Shown here: positions 28,315 through 37,559 of the stretch, in pieces | How the letters are laid out: every line of letters begins with the position of its first letter | Numbering within the stretch: the first letter of the stretch is position 1 | Virus record (IMG/VR): IMGVR_UViG_3300046689_000393 | Coordinates: 5,720 to 69,719 of that record | Origin: a virus | Reading direction: 5' to 3' (one strand) | DNA: 64,000 nt | The notes under the pieces: generated by a model | Told to the model about the DNA's origin: nothing | The model's database searches: none | Seen by the model: only the letters and a program-made list of their open reading frames with translations | Translations under genes and position numbers: made by a program

Positions 28315-29190
28315 ATGGTCGTTCCCTCCGACCACGGGGCGGGAATTGTGCCGATTGCGGTTTCGCCGCCCGGCGCAGTCACGCCCTTGCAGAAAAAGAT
28401 TTTTCTGGTCTCCCCCTGGCAGAAAAATCTTCATCCGCTCACGGCTTTTTGTGTCGCTCAGCTACATGACCGGCGACGGACATACTCAGCGCTCAGCTAC
28501 GGCGACGCTTTTGTGGCCCACACGCGTAACACCTGCGCCGACCAATTCCTTAAATCGGATTGCGACTGGATGCTGACGGTGGATGACGACATGATTGTGC
28601 CTTTTGGAAACGCTGAGTGGTATAAGCAGTATTCCCGGTTCAATTTTCAGGAGAAATTTATGGCCTGGAACGCAATCGACCGGCTGTTGAGCCACGGGAA
28701 GTCACTGGTTGGCGCGCTTTACAAGGGAAGGCACCCGGACGCCAAGATGGTCTACAACGAAGCGGGCGCAAACCCGAAGGAAGACGCGCACGCGAAGGCC
28801 GGACCGCACGACATTTGCAAACCGACGCGCTGGGTGGGCACCGGCTGCATGCTAATTCATCGAAAAGTGTTCCTGGACATTGAAAAACGCTTCCCCCGGC
28901 TCGCGCGCAAAGGCGACGGGCTCGGCGGGAATTGGTTCACCAGCACGGAGGCGAGTTTAATTGATACGCTGACGAAGCTGAAGGACGGTATGAGGGGCAA
29001 ATCCTTGACCGGCGTGGAGGCTTATCAACTCCTGGATGGCCTGGAGCATGCCCTTGCTGCGGCAGCGTTCGAAAACCCGCTGGGAGTGGGCGAAGACGTG
29101 AGTTTTTGCCTCCGCGCGCAGGCCGCAGGACACACCCCGCACGTAGATTTGGGTCTGCGGTGCGGTCACGTTGGAAATGCCATCTATTAA
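28315..29190 (+). CDS. Glycosyltransferase (GT-A fold, GT2-like)
   Basis: RN...LTVDDDM, GTGCMLIHR.VF, GEDVSFC, D..LRCGH. Confidence 0.85.
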   Translation: MVVPSDHGAGIVPIAVSPPGAVTPLQKKIFLVSPWQKNLHPLTAFCVAQLHDRRRTYSALSYGDAFVAHTRNTCADQFLKSDCDWMLTVDDDMIVPFGNAEWYKQYSRFNFQEKFMAWNAIDRLLSHGKSLVGALYKGRHPDAKMVYNEAGANPKEDAHAKAGPHDICKPTRWVGTGCMLIHRKVFLDIEKRFPRLARKGDGLGGNWFTSTEASLIDTLTKLKDGMRGKSLTGVEAYQLLDGLEHALAAAAFENPLGVGEDVSFCLRAQAAGHTPHVDLGLRCGHVGNAIY

Positions 29191-29936
29191 TGAACAAAAT
29201 TCTCCTCGCACTTCAGTTCTGGCAGGGCGACAAGGACGCCGCAATCAAGCTCGCTCACTATTTGGCGAGCCTGGAGCCGAAGCACTGTGAAATTGCTGAT
29301 TTTTTGCTCGTCCAGCGCTTCGATACCGTCGTGTCTGATGAAGACCGCAAGGTGTTAGACACCCTGTCTCGAAAATTCAACCTTTACGCCTACCGGAGCC
29401 GCCGAAAGGGCACCGGATGGCCCAACGGGTGCAACGACCTTTGGCGCTCAACGATGGAGTGGACGGCTTCGATGATTCTGGCGAGGAAAGTGCCGCACTA
29501 CAAGGCAATATTCTGTTTCGAGGCAGACGGAGGGCCTATTTTTCGAGATTGGGTTGCCCGGCTCTCGCAGGCGTGGGATGACGCCAACGCAAAGGGGCCA
29601 GTGGTGCAGGCCGGGCCTATGGTTTCGGGTCCCGGCATCAATTTGCACATTAACGGCAACTGCATGTTGTCCTGCGACAAAAAATTTCTGGATTTCCTCA
29701 CTCGACGCATCGGCGAAATCCCGGTTTGGGGTGGGTGGGACTACCTTTATGCCGGTGAGTTCCAAAAGCGAGGATGGGCCAACGTGCCCGGCATGCGCAG
29801 CTATTACAACTCGCCGCATTTTTCGATTGAGCAATACCGGAAGATGCGCGAAGAGAATTTAATTTGGGTTCACGGCGACAAATCAAACGACTTGATTGAG
29901 CTTGGAAAACTTTACATGGACGTTCCTATACTATGA
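29190..29936 (+). CDS. Putative glycosyltransferase-like protein
   Basis: FEAD motif, HINGN, WD and HG.K; adjacent to GT gene. Confidence 0.55.
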   Translation: MNKILLALQFWQGDKDAAIKLAHYLASLEPKHCEIADFLLVQRFDTVVSDEDRKVLDTLSRKFNLYAYRSRRKGTGWPNGCNDLWRSTMEWTASMILARKVPHYKAIFCFEADGGPIFRDWVARLSQAWDDANAKGPVVQAGPMVSGPGINLHINGNCMLSCDKKFLDFLTRRIGEIPVWGGWDYLYAGEFQKRGWANVPGMRSYYNSPHFSIEQYRKMREENLIWVHGDKSNDLIELGKLYMDVPIL

Positions 29937-30679
29937 ATGAAAATACCCTGGTAACAGCGCACGGCTACGGCGGCGACGCGCACCAAATAAAGTTGCTGTT
30001 GCCCTACATGCTGCATCATCAGTGCCCGATTGCGGTTTTGTCGCCGGTGGATTCTCCCATTGGGGCGCTCCAGGTCTCCGTGCGCCGGGAAGTCAGTTTT
30101 CGCTCCGCAGGCAAACGCGCTTACATCGGTCAGGACTCGCTCGACCGGCAGCGGCTTCAGATGGAGCTTTTGTTGCGCCACTACCCGCAAGCGTGGTTTC
30201 TGATGAATGACTCGGACTCCGTGTGCCTCTCGCCGAAAATCCCGGACTACGTTTATCAGGACCCGAACATAGTTTGGTCAAATATCGTGGACGATTCTAG
30301 CGTGCATCCACTTTCAGAGCGCCACAAATACGACCCGGCGTATCCCTGGCCGCAACTCGCTTTTCAGCCGCCGTATTTCATGCACCGAACGGCAGTGGAG
30401 AAAATCGTCGCCGTGGCGGATTCAGTGAAGGCCGATATTCGAAGCCCGTTCATTGACTGGTGTATGATGGCGTGGACAGTGCGCGCCGGGCTCGCTTACA
30501 AAGGATTTCCGGACGGCGCGTCCTGTTCGACCAGCGCGGACCCGCACGGGCTCCAGTTAATGACGGAGCTTGTCCGCGAGAAGGGGAAAATTTTCGTCCA
30601 CTCGGTGAAGTCTATTGAGCCCCTCCTCGCCATCGCGCGCGCCCGGCTCGCATACAAGCAAGCGCACGGCATTTCTTGA
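29933..30679 (+). CDS. Putative glycosyltransferase-like protein
   Basis: WFLMNDSDS DxD motif, PYFMHR, FID, HSVK. Confidence 0.55.
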   Translation: MNENTLVTAHGYGGDAHQIKLLLPYMLHHQCPIAVLSPVDSPIGALQVSVRREVSFRSAGKRAYIGQDSLDRQRLQMELLLRHYPQAWFLMNDSDSVCLSPKIPDYVYQDPNIVWSNIVDDSSVHPLSERHKYDPAYPWPQLAFQPPYFMHRTAVEKIVAVADSVKADIRSPFIDWCMMAWTVRAGLAYKGFPDGASCSTSADPHGLQLMTELVREKGKIFVHSVKSIEPLLAIARARLAYKQAHGIS

Positions 30680-30681
30680 GC

Positions 30682-30709
30682 TTGACAATTTCCTCTGGAA
30701 CCGAGACTA
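30682..30709 (+). promoter_or_regulatory. Class-2 promoter-like motif upstream of major capsid gene
   Basis: TTGACA-N15-GAGACTA. Confidence 0.8.
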
Positions 30710-30861
30710 CTTTCTGACGCCTAAAAACGGTCTCCCAATCGGCGGCGGGGGGAACGGCCTAACAACGGTTCAATGGCCAAGAATCGAAACTGAGTCTCCA
30801 GTCATATTGAGACGCCCGATGAAGCGGGGATAAATCAGCTTCTTGTTAGGAAACTTTTAGT

Positions 30862-32178
30862 ATGGCTTTTTTCTGCGACGACCCGAGCGCTCTCTCGGAC
30901 ATTGCCTCCAAAGATACAAACCGTATCGTAGGCACCATTGCAAAGGCACTCGCTGCCAATGCTCCTTATATGAACGTCATCCAGGGCGGAGTATTCCCCT
31001 CTGGCACGTCTGACGCGATTCGTTCCGTGGTTCAGATGCAGGCGGCTCCTGGCGATTCTCTCGCCATCCCGACCTTCGTTTGCGACACCGACATTTGCGG
31101 ACAGACCGGTCACCAAGACCTGACTGACACCGTGGAATTCACCCTCCGCCTGGAATCGTTCCGTGGCCGTGGTCCGAATATCTGCGTCAAGAAAGGCTAC
31201 GCCGCTTTCAAAGGCAGCTACGTCATGGCCGAAGACAGCTTGAAAAAGCTCGTGGTCCAATACATCAACGCCGACATTCGCGCGCAACTGTATCTCCGGT
31301 CCGCCAGCAAGTTCACTGCTAACGCCAATTACGATTTCAACTCGCTGTTCACCGGCGGGCTCGAAACCGACCTGGGCGTCAAATTCGCGCCCCTGTTGCC
31401 TACCGGTCCCATGACCTTCAAGGCTCTGCACTTCATCGCCCGGTATATGCGCGAAGTGCTTTTCGCGGAATGGTATTCCCAAGACCAGGGCATGCCGCAT
31501 TTCCGTTTCATCGGCGGCTCTGACCAAGTGGAATATTTCCGCTCGGAAGTTGGCGTCCAGAACGTCATGGTTGCTCTGACCACCGGCGGCTACAAGATGG
31601 GTGAAACCACTCTGACCGCTTATTCGTTCGAGCAGTCGCCCGCTTACCGTGGCATCGCCTTCGGCGTTGACCAGCGGCCTCTCCGTGCTACCGGCTTCAA
31701 TGCTGACGGCACCCTGGCCCTCGTTGACCCTGTGACCATCGTCGCTAATCCGGCGCGTGGCGTGGCGTTCGCGAAACCCAATCCCGCTTGGCTGAATGCA
31801 GCCTATGAAGTGGGCATCCTCATTGCTGACGGCAGCTTTGAACGGCTCGTTCCCGAGAAGTATGTCGGCGAAGGCTCGTTCAAGTTCGCGCCGCAGCTTC
31901 ACATGGGCGAGTTGGAATGGCACTACCAGATTGACAATCAGTGCAATCAGTGGGGCGATTTCGGCTGGCACAAATACCAGATTACCCGTGCTTACCGGCC
32001 TCTGCGCCCGCAGCACATCGTGCCGATTCTGTATAGCCGCTGCACTGCGGACCTGGGTCTCGTGGCTTGCGCCAATCCTAGCTCCAGCAACTTCAGCGGG
32101 GCTGACAGCTTCGTAGACATTGGGGTTTGCGGAGACAATGAGTCGCCGGTCATCGGGCCGGGCGTTCCGACTCTGTAA
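30862..32178 (+). CDS. Probable major capsid protein
   Basis: 438 aa, visibly biased codons, own promoter and terminator, position after scaffold. Confidence 0.75.
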   Translation: MAFFCDDPSALSDIASKDTNRIVGTIAKALAANAPYMNVIQGGVFPSGTSDAIRSVVQMQAAPGDSLAIPTFVCDTDICGQTGHQDLTDTVEFTLRLESFRGRGPNICVKKGYAAFKGSYVMAEDSLKKLVVQYINADIRAQLYLRSASKFTANANYDFNSLFTGGLETDLGVKFAPLLPTGPMTFKALHFIARYMREVLFAEWYSQDQGMPHFRFIGGSDQVEYFRSEVGVQNVMVALTTGGYKMGETTLTAYSFEQSPAYRGIAFGVDQRPLRATGFNADGTLALVDPVTIVANPARGVAFAKPNPAWLNAAYEVGILIADGSFERLVPEKYVGEGSFKFAPQLHMGELEWHYQIDNQCNQWGDFGWHKYQITRAYRPLRPQHIVPILYSRCTADLGLVACANPSSSNFSGADSFVDIGVCGDNESPVIGPGVPTL

Positions 32179-32204
32179 CCGCTCTTAGGGGTAGGGGAAC
32201 ACTG

Positions 32205-32234
32205 AGGGGCGGCAGCCAACACTGCCGCCCCTTT
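32205..32234 (+). terminator. Hairpin/terminator after capsid gene
   Basis: AGGGGCGGCAG-CCAACA-CTGCCGCCCCT, short T tail. Confidence 0.7.
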
Positions 32235-32267
32235 CATCAACAATCAATTTTTTCAAGTTAGACCACT

Positions 32268-32912
32268 ATGTCAGACACAACCTTCAGACAGGGGGACAAC
32301 CAATACAATATCCTCCGAAAAATTCTCGATACGCTAAACGGCACAGGCGGCACCGGCGGAAGCACGGGCACAACTGTCTCCGGCAATGTAGGCGTCACGG
32401 GTAACGTCACAGTCGTCCAGCCTACGGGCTCGCAACTCAACGCTGCCGTAACCGGCAACGTGGGCGGCAAGACCACTGTAATCAAAGACACGTCCGCAGT
32501 CACAGCAGGCGCATACAGCGCGGGCAATGCAGTGGGCGGCAAACGCACTCTAACCGGAGCGCTTACTTCGGTAGGCACCGGCATTTTAGAGTCCATCATC
32601 GTTCTGGACCGGGCCAATCAAAAGGCCGCTCTGGACATTTTCATTTTCGACGCAGACCCAACGGCTGCAACTCTCGCGGACAAAACCGCATTCGTTTTTT
32701 CTACTGATGACCTGAAAGTCATAGCGCACGTTTCCGTGGCGGCTGCTGACTACGTCACCGTGAATAGCAAAGCGATTGCGCACGAGACTAGTCTGGGCAT
32801 CGCGCTCAAAGCGTCCGGCACCACTCTGTGGGCTGCCGTGGTCACTTCAGGCACACCGACCTTTGCGGCGACCACCGACGTTCAAGTAACCTTCGGCATC
32901 TTGCAGGACTAA
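32268..32912 (+). CDS. Putative virion structural protein
   Basis: Gly/Thr/Val-rich, follows capsid gene. Confidence 0.65.
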   Translation: MSDTTFRQGDNQYNILRKILDTLNGTGGTGGSTGTTVSGNVGVTGNVTVVQPTGSQLNAAVTGNVGGKTTVIKDTSAVTAGAYSAGNAVGGKRTLTGALTSVGTGILESIIVLDRANQKAALDIFIFDADPTAATLADKTAFVFSTDDLKVIAHVSVAAADYVTVNSKAIAHETSLGIALKASGTTLWAAVVTSGTPTFAATTDVQVTFGILQD

Positions 32913-34273
32913 TGCCTAACCCGGTAATAAATCGCAGACCCGGCGGAAAGTTTCGCTGTCCTGTGCTGCTCACCGGAGGGCTCCTTCTCGATACGATGGA
33001 GTCTTATACGAACGGTGCCGCACTTAACGGGCTGAACCAAGGAACCGGCTGGTGTAAGACTGCGTCCTACGTGGACCGGACAAATTACGTTGGGATTGTA
33101 TCCCTCGACACGATGGAGTCCTACACAACCGGAACCGAATTGATTCCGCTCAGTGGCGGAACTGGATGGCCCGCTTCGTATGCCGGAGACAACGCGCTAC
33201 CGAGCATTCCTGCAACGATGCTTTCATTTGTTGGGGAGACCGTCACCATAACCGCGACCATTACCGGAACGGGAATTCCTCCCCTTTCGTATCAATGGAA
33301 AAAGAATGGAATTGCTCTCTCCAACGCAGGAGAATATTCCGGAGTGACTACGCTGACCTTGACTATCACCGGCTACGCGTCTGGCGATGATGGAACATAC
33401 ACCTTTGAGGCGACAGACAACATTTCGCGTATATTCGCTTCAAACGGATGCGTGGCAACTAGCAACACTCGCGGGGCAGATTGGGCCGCGAGGGTGCAAA
33501 CGAACGGAGGAGCCGCCCCGGCTGCTGGCACGGTAACCGCGATTAACACTTTTTGGTCTGCGGTGATTTCAGCGGGCATAGTTGGAAAAATAAAATATTT
33601 GAATATTATCGCGCCCGATAGTTTGATTGCATCCTATACTCCCCTAGTGGTGGGCATAGGGTTGGACCCCTGGGTGAAGAAAGTTGTAGGAACTGGAGCA
33701 GGAGAATCTTTGACGGTAAACGGATTGCTAAGTTCGGCTTCCACAACGAACGGTAATGCATATGACACTGGCGTCACACCGAGCGCAGTCTCATCTTTCA
33801 ATACGGGGAATGGCGGCTTATGCGTTTATGTATCGGACCCCGTGCCTACAAATACACCTAATTCCATAGTGGGGTCTTTCGACGGAACATCGACGGGTTT
33901 TCTAATCGTCGCATACGACGGAGGAGTTGCTAGGTCGTATCTGTGGTTTTCTTCAATAAGTGCAGTGGGCGCGCACACGCAGGTTGGAGGATTCTACGTG
34001 TCAAGCCGGACGGCGACGAATGTGCATAATATTTACTTTGCTAACTCATCCGTTGCGTGGGCGTCACTTGGGTCAAATAGTTCAGTAAATAGCAACGTGC
34101 CTTTGGCGAATAAGGTTGCGGCTGGTGGTGCCCTTTCCACGGCGACTTATGGCTGCTGCCCCCAGAGGATTTCTATCGTGGGAATTATCGACGGGCTTAC
34201 CACGACCCAGGGGCAGGCGTTATATAACGCCGTCCAAGCGTTGCGAACATCATTCGGCGGAGGATTCGTTTAA
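32912..34273 (+). CDS. Putative fibre/decoration protein with Ig-like domain
   Basis: Two LDTMESYT.G...GTGW repeats; LSYQWKKNG..TLTLTI...DDGTYTF Ig signature. Confidence 0.7.
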   Translation: MPNPVINRRPGGKFRCPVLLTGGLLLDTMESYTNGAALNGLNQGTGWCKTASYVDRTNYVGIVSLDTMESYTTGTELIPLSGGTGWPASYAGDNALPSIPATMLSFVGETVTITATITGTGIPPLSYQWKKNGIALSNAGEYSGVTTLTLTITGYASGDDGTYTFEATDNISRIFASNGCVATSNTRGADWAARVQTNGGAAPAAGTVTAINTFWSAVISAGIVGKIKYLNIIAPDSLIASYTPLVVGIGLDPWVKKVVGTGAGESLTVNGLLSSASTTNGNAYDTGVTPSAVSSFNTGNGGLCVYVSDPVPTNTPNSIVGSFDGTSTGFLIVAYDGGVARSYLWFSSISAVGAHTQVGGFYVSSRTATNVHNIYFANSSVAWASLGSNSSVNSNVPLANKVAAGGALSTATYGCCPQRISIVGIIDGLTTTQGQALYNAVQALRTSFGGGFV

Positions 34274-34277
34274 TTTT

Positions 34278-34949
34278 ATGGCTTCTACAATAATCACGAG
34301 AACAATCAGCGCGGTGACGGAGACTGCGGTTAGCATGGTGAATTCGTCTTGGGCAAGGCCCATCACGCTGCCTTCGACGTGGTCTAAGGTTCGCGTAGGT
34401 GTTCGGCTGCATATTGTTCCGGGTAGCGCGTTGGACTCGTCTGTCCATCTAGGTCTCGGGCTCGGTTCGGGAACGGCGGCGATTATCGGAGACGTTTCTA
34501 CCACGAATTTTATCGGGGTGGTTTGGGGCGGAAATTGGACCAACGACGGTTCAAAATTTACCAATATACAGCCGTTTCCTGCTACGCGAGTTGGCACTAC
34601 GCTGACTCTCGGAAGTGCCTTGGACAACAACAATACGAAATTTATTTCGGGTAACGTCGCGGCTACGGCTGACCGAGTATTGTTTTTTGTAGATATAACC
34701 AAGGGTAGCCCCAATTTTACTATTGATACGTTTGCCGCTACTGCTGCGGGAGACCAATCCGCTGCTACGTTTTTGGCACAAGTGCAATCAGGAGCGCCCG
34801 CGTTAGTGGGATATAGTTTTGCAACCAACGGAGCAAAAACCATTGCGTTCAGTGAGTCCAACGGCGTGCTCAACACCGCACAATGCTGGTGGAATAATGC
34901 TTCGGCTTCCCCTGAAATTTGCGACCTAGCAGTCGTGCTACTCGCCTAG
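34278..34949 (+). CDS. Putative virion protein
   Basis: Start MASTIITR; beta-rich composition. Confidence 0.65.
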   Translation: MASTIITRTISAVTETAVSMVNSSWARPITLPSTWSKVRVGVRLHIVPGSALDSSVHLGLGLGSGTAAIIGDVSTTNFIGVVWGGNWTNDGSKFTNIQPFPATRVGTTLTLGSALDNNNTKFISGNVAATADRVLFFVDITKGSPNFTIDTFAATAAGDQSAATFLAQVQSGAPALVGYSFATNGAKTIAFSESNGVLNTAQCWWNNASASPEICDLAVVLLA

Positions 34950-34952
34950 CGT

Positions 34953-35216
34953 ATGAGCAATCCGCAGTTCAATGACCGGCTAATCACTCTCGCAGGAGTG
35001 AACATCACTTTACAAGGCATTCACGATGTTATCACGAAAATCACTCCTATCATGTCCACCCTGCTCATTCTTGTTCAGCTAATTGCAGGGCTCTACACCA
35101 TATATCACATTGTCAAAGGAAAGTATGAATCTAAAGAGCGTAAAGGCGTTTCTTCTCGCCGCCGTCGTCGCGATAAGCGTAGTAGGCTGCACCAGTCTGA
35201 TACCGAAGCCCGTTGA
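34953..35216 (+). CDS. Holin-like membrane protein
   Basis: TM segment followed by highly basic tail; adjacent to lipoprotein gene. Confidence 0.45.
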   Translation: MSNPQFNDRLITLAGVNITLQGIHDVITKITPIMSTLLILVQLIAGLYTIYHIVKGKYESKERKGVSSRRRRRDKRSRLHQSDTEAR

Positions 35217-35886
35217 ATTTTTCCAGGACAAGGTTCATAAGGTTCCAGCGGCTACTCAGGCACAGAAAGAATTGCAACGAGAGGCCGCGCAAAAGGCCAA
35301 TGAGCGAGCGGCTGATACCCTGCACGCCGCTCTGGTTGAGGGGTCTAGCACTAATATTCTTGCCCCTGCTGTGGAGACTGAAAAACTCACTGCGGTCGTG
35401 GCGGAATCGGTAGGCGCTCCCGCGAAAGCGACGGCGAACCTGGAGACCGACAAGCTGGTCAATTCGCTGCGCGCGCAGATTGCGAAGCTGGAGAAGAAGG
35501 TGGACGCCTTCGCGGAAGACAATAACCAGAACGCCGGAAAGAAAATTGAAGGCACCGGCTTGATTTCTGTTCCATATTTTCTATACGCCGGTGGCGTAGT
35601 GCTGGTGCTGTTTATTTTCTGGCATCTGGCAAAAACTGCACTGACCGTTGCATCGGCGGCGAATCCTGGGGCAGCCGTGGGCGTTGGCGCGATGAATGTC
35701 GCTGGCACCCTGGCCGGTAAGGGATTTACCCAGGTGGTCAACGGCGGCAAATCATTTTTGACCTGGGTGGAAAAGGAAGTTTCTGACCCTGCGCTAAAGG
35801 CGAAAATCGCAGACGCTTTTACGACGGCGCAAAAGACTGCGCAAGACCACGACGTGAAAGCTGTGGTAGACAACTTGATTAAGTAA
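35125..35886 (+). CDS. Lipoprotein with coiled coil and internal TM (spanin-like)
   Basis: Signal MNLKSVKAFLLAAVVAISVVG-C lipobox; TM YFLYAGGVVLVLFIFW. Confidence 0.6.
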   Translation: MNLKSVKAFLLAAVVAISVVGCTSLIPKPVEFFQDKVHKVPAATQAQKELQREAAQKANERAADTLHAALVEGSSTNILAPAVETEKLTAVVAESVGAPAKATANLETDKLVNSLRAQIAKLEKKVDAFAEDNNQNAGKKIEGTGLISVPYFLYAGGVVLVLFIFWHLAKTALTVASAANPGAAVGVGAMNVAGTLAGKGFTQVVNGGKSFLTWVEKEVSDPALKAKIADAFTTAQKTAQDHDVKAVVDNLIK

Positions 35887-35887
35887 T

Positions 35888-37000
35888 ATGAGCGACACGC
35901 ACAAATGTTCGAACTGCGGCGACGACGGCGACCGCAAGGAAAATTTCCTCGACGGTTGCAGCCGGGAAAACCTGGGCTGCGAAAATCCGTGCGGCAGGGG
36001 TCCGCACAACTCGGCCAAGTGCGAATCACTTCCGAGCCAAATCAGTAATTTCACCACGCAATTTTTCGGTGAAGTAATCAAGACCGAAGTGGACGGCAAA
36101 GTGGTCTGGTCTCTGCCGTGCAGCCTCGACGTAGGTCTCCCGGCGAACCCGCGCGGAATCGACGAAGGTCTGGCCTGCTATTTCCTCCGCCTGTTCATGG
36201 ATGGCATCGTTGGCCTGAAGGGCGACAAAGGCAACAAAGGCGACCTAGGCACGAACGGCAACAACGCCTACACGGTGACGCTCTCCTCGTTCATTCAGCC
36301 GACACTCTCCGCGCCGACTGTCGCAGTCTACACGGCGAACAACCCGGCGATTAATCTGACCGGAACGTATCTGTTTATCGACACGTCCGGGTGGTATGTG
36401 GTCAACAGCGCAGACGGCGCGGGCACGCTTTTTCTTACCTTGGTTCAGGCGCTCTCGTCCGCACCGGCAACGATTGCGGCTGGCAAGCTGGTCATCGAGT
36501 CCGGCGTCCCTGGCCCGCAGGGGCACAAGGGCGACTCCATCAAAGGCGATAAGGGAGACAAGGGCGACCCTGGCACTCCGCTCACCACGAACAACGGCGT
36601 TTACACTGCCACGGCGGGAACTAATTTTCCGCTACCGTTTCCTTTTCAGGCGGTTGATTTCATCACGTCTAGTCCTCAATTTTTGGCGACGGACGTGGGC
36701 AAATATTTCGTCTCCGTTACCGCGATGATTCTCGCAGACGCGGCGTTAATTACCCTCGCTGATTTCTGCTCTTTGAAGCTCGTTAACGATAGCACTGCGG
36801 CGGACGTTGTCGGCAGCCAGCAGACTATCTCCGGATGGGAGACTGCGACGGCGGGCCAGTATCGTCAAATCGTGCTCAACGCTATCGTGGAAACACTCAA
36901 CCCGAACCAGACAATCACGCTCTACGGCGAGTGCAGCACAGCAGCGCACGCCTCGATAATGTGGCAGGGCACTACGCTTAGCTATTTTCGAATCCAGTAA
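35888..37000 (+). CDS. Collagen-repeat fibre protein
   Basis: GLKGDKGNKGDLGTNG and GPQGHKG..GDKGDKGDPG; Cys-rich N-terminus. Confidence 0.75.
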   Translation: MSDTHKCSNCGDDGDRKENFLDGCSRENLGCENPCGRGPHNSAKCESLPSQISNFTTQFFGEVIKTEVDGKVVWSLPCSLDVGLPANPRGIDEGLACYFLRLFMDGIVGLKGDKGNKGDLGTNGNNAYTVTLSSFIQPTLSAPTVAVYTANNPAINLTGTYLFIDTSGWYVVNSADGAGTLFLTLVQALSSAPATIAAGKLVIESGVPGPQGHKGDSIKGDKGDKGDPGTPLTTNNGVYTATAGTNFPLPFPFQAVDFITSSPQFLATDVGKYFVSVTAMILADAALITLADFCSLKLVNDSTAADVVGSQQTISGWETATAGQYRQIVLNAIVETLNPNQTITLYGECSTAAHASIMWQGTTLSYFRIQ

Positions 37001-37003
37001 TTT

Positions 37004-37171
37004 ATGGGCTGCTCGAAAGGCAACAAGTCATGCGCCATCCCGGTCCTCCGGGATAAGGAGCACGTTTATTCCAGCCGGTGCAAATCGCCCCGTGGTGGGG
37101 CGAAGACGGCAGGCGCGCCGGAATACGTTCTAAAGGTCATAAACCTGCCTGACCCGAACGTGACAAACTAG
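37004..37171 (+). CDS. Small hypothetical protein (55 aa)
   Basis: Hand translation MGCSKGNKSCAIPVLRD...; fills the gap. Confidence 0.55.
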   Translation: MGCSKGNKSCAIPVLRDKEHVYSSRCKSPRGGAKTAGAPEYVLKVINLPDPNVTN

Positions 37172-37187
37172 CAGGAAACAGAGACTA
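37160..37187 (+). promoter_or_regulatory. Class-2 promoter-like motif
   Basis: GTGACA-N15-GAGACTA-N9-ATG. Confidence 0.75.
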
Positions 37188-37196
37188 TTTAAGACG

Positions 37197-37559
37197 ATGA
37201 AAATTGACCAGAGCTTAGCAATGGGAGAGCCCACTCTCGGCAGTCCGCTTCAGGACAGTCAGAACCAGGACAACACTTCTTTTCCGACGTTCCATTATGA
37301 GGGCGACGAAGAGTTGAAAATCCCGGCGCACGGCACCATGCTTGTTCACTACCGCGTTACGCGGGTGGTGGAGACGACCACAGCCGCCGGTGAGCACTAC
37401 GCCTGCGACGTGCAACTCAAGCGGATAATTTCTGCGGAGCCCGAAGTCGAAGCGCCCTCGAAGCGGATGGACGAAGCCGGGGACGCCCTGGATAAGCTGG
37501 CCGCTGAACACATGGCGGAAGACGACGAGGACGACGAGGACGACGAGGAGAACGATTAA
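37197..37559 (+). CDS. Hypothetical protein with acidic tail
   Basis: Ends EDDEDDEDDEEND. Confidence 0.75.
   Translation: MKIDQSLAMGEPTLGSPLQDSQNQDNTSFPTFHYEGDEELKIPAHGTMLVHYRVTRVVETTTAAGEHYACDVQLKRIISAEPEVEAPSKRMDEAGDALDKLAAEHMAEDDEDDEDDEEND

Noticed and set aside
32784-32790. Additional GAGACTA
   Set aside because: It lies inside a CDS with no TGAC-like element at the fixed spacing.
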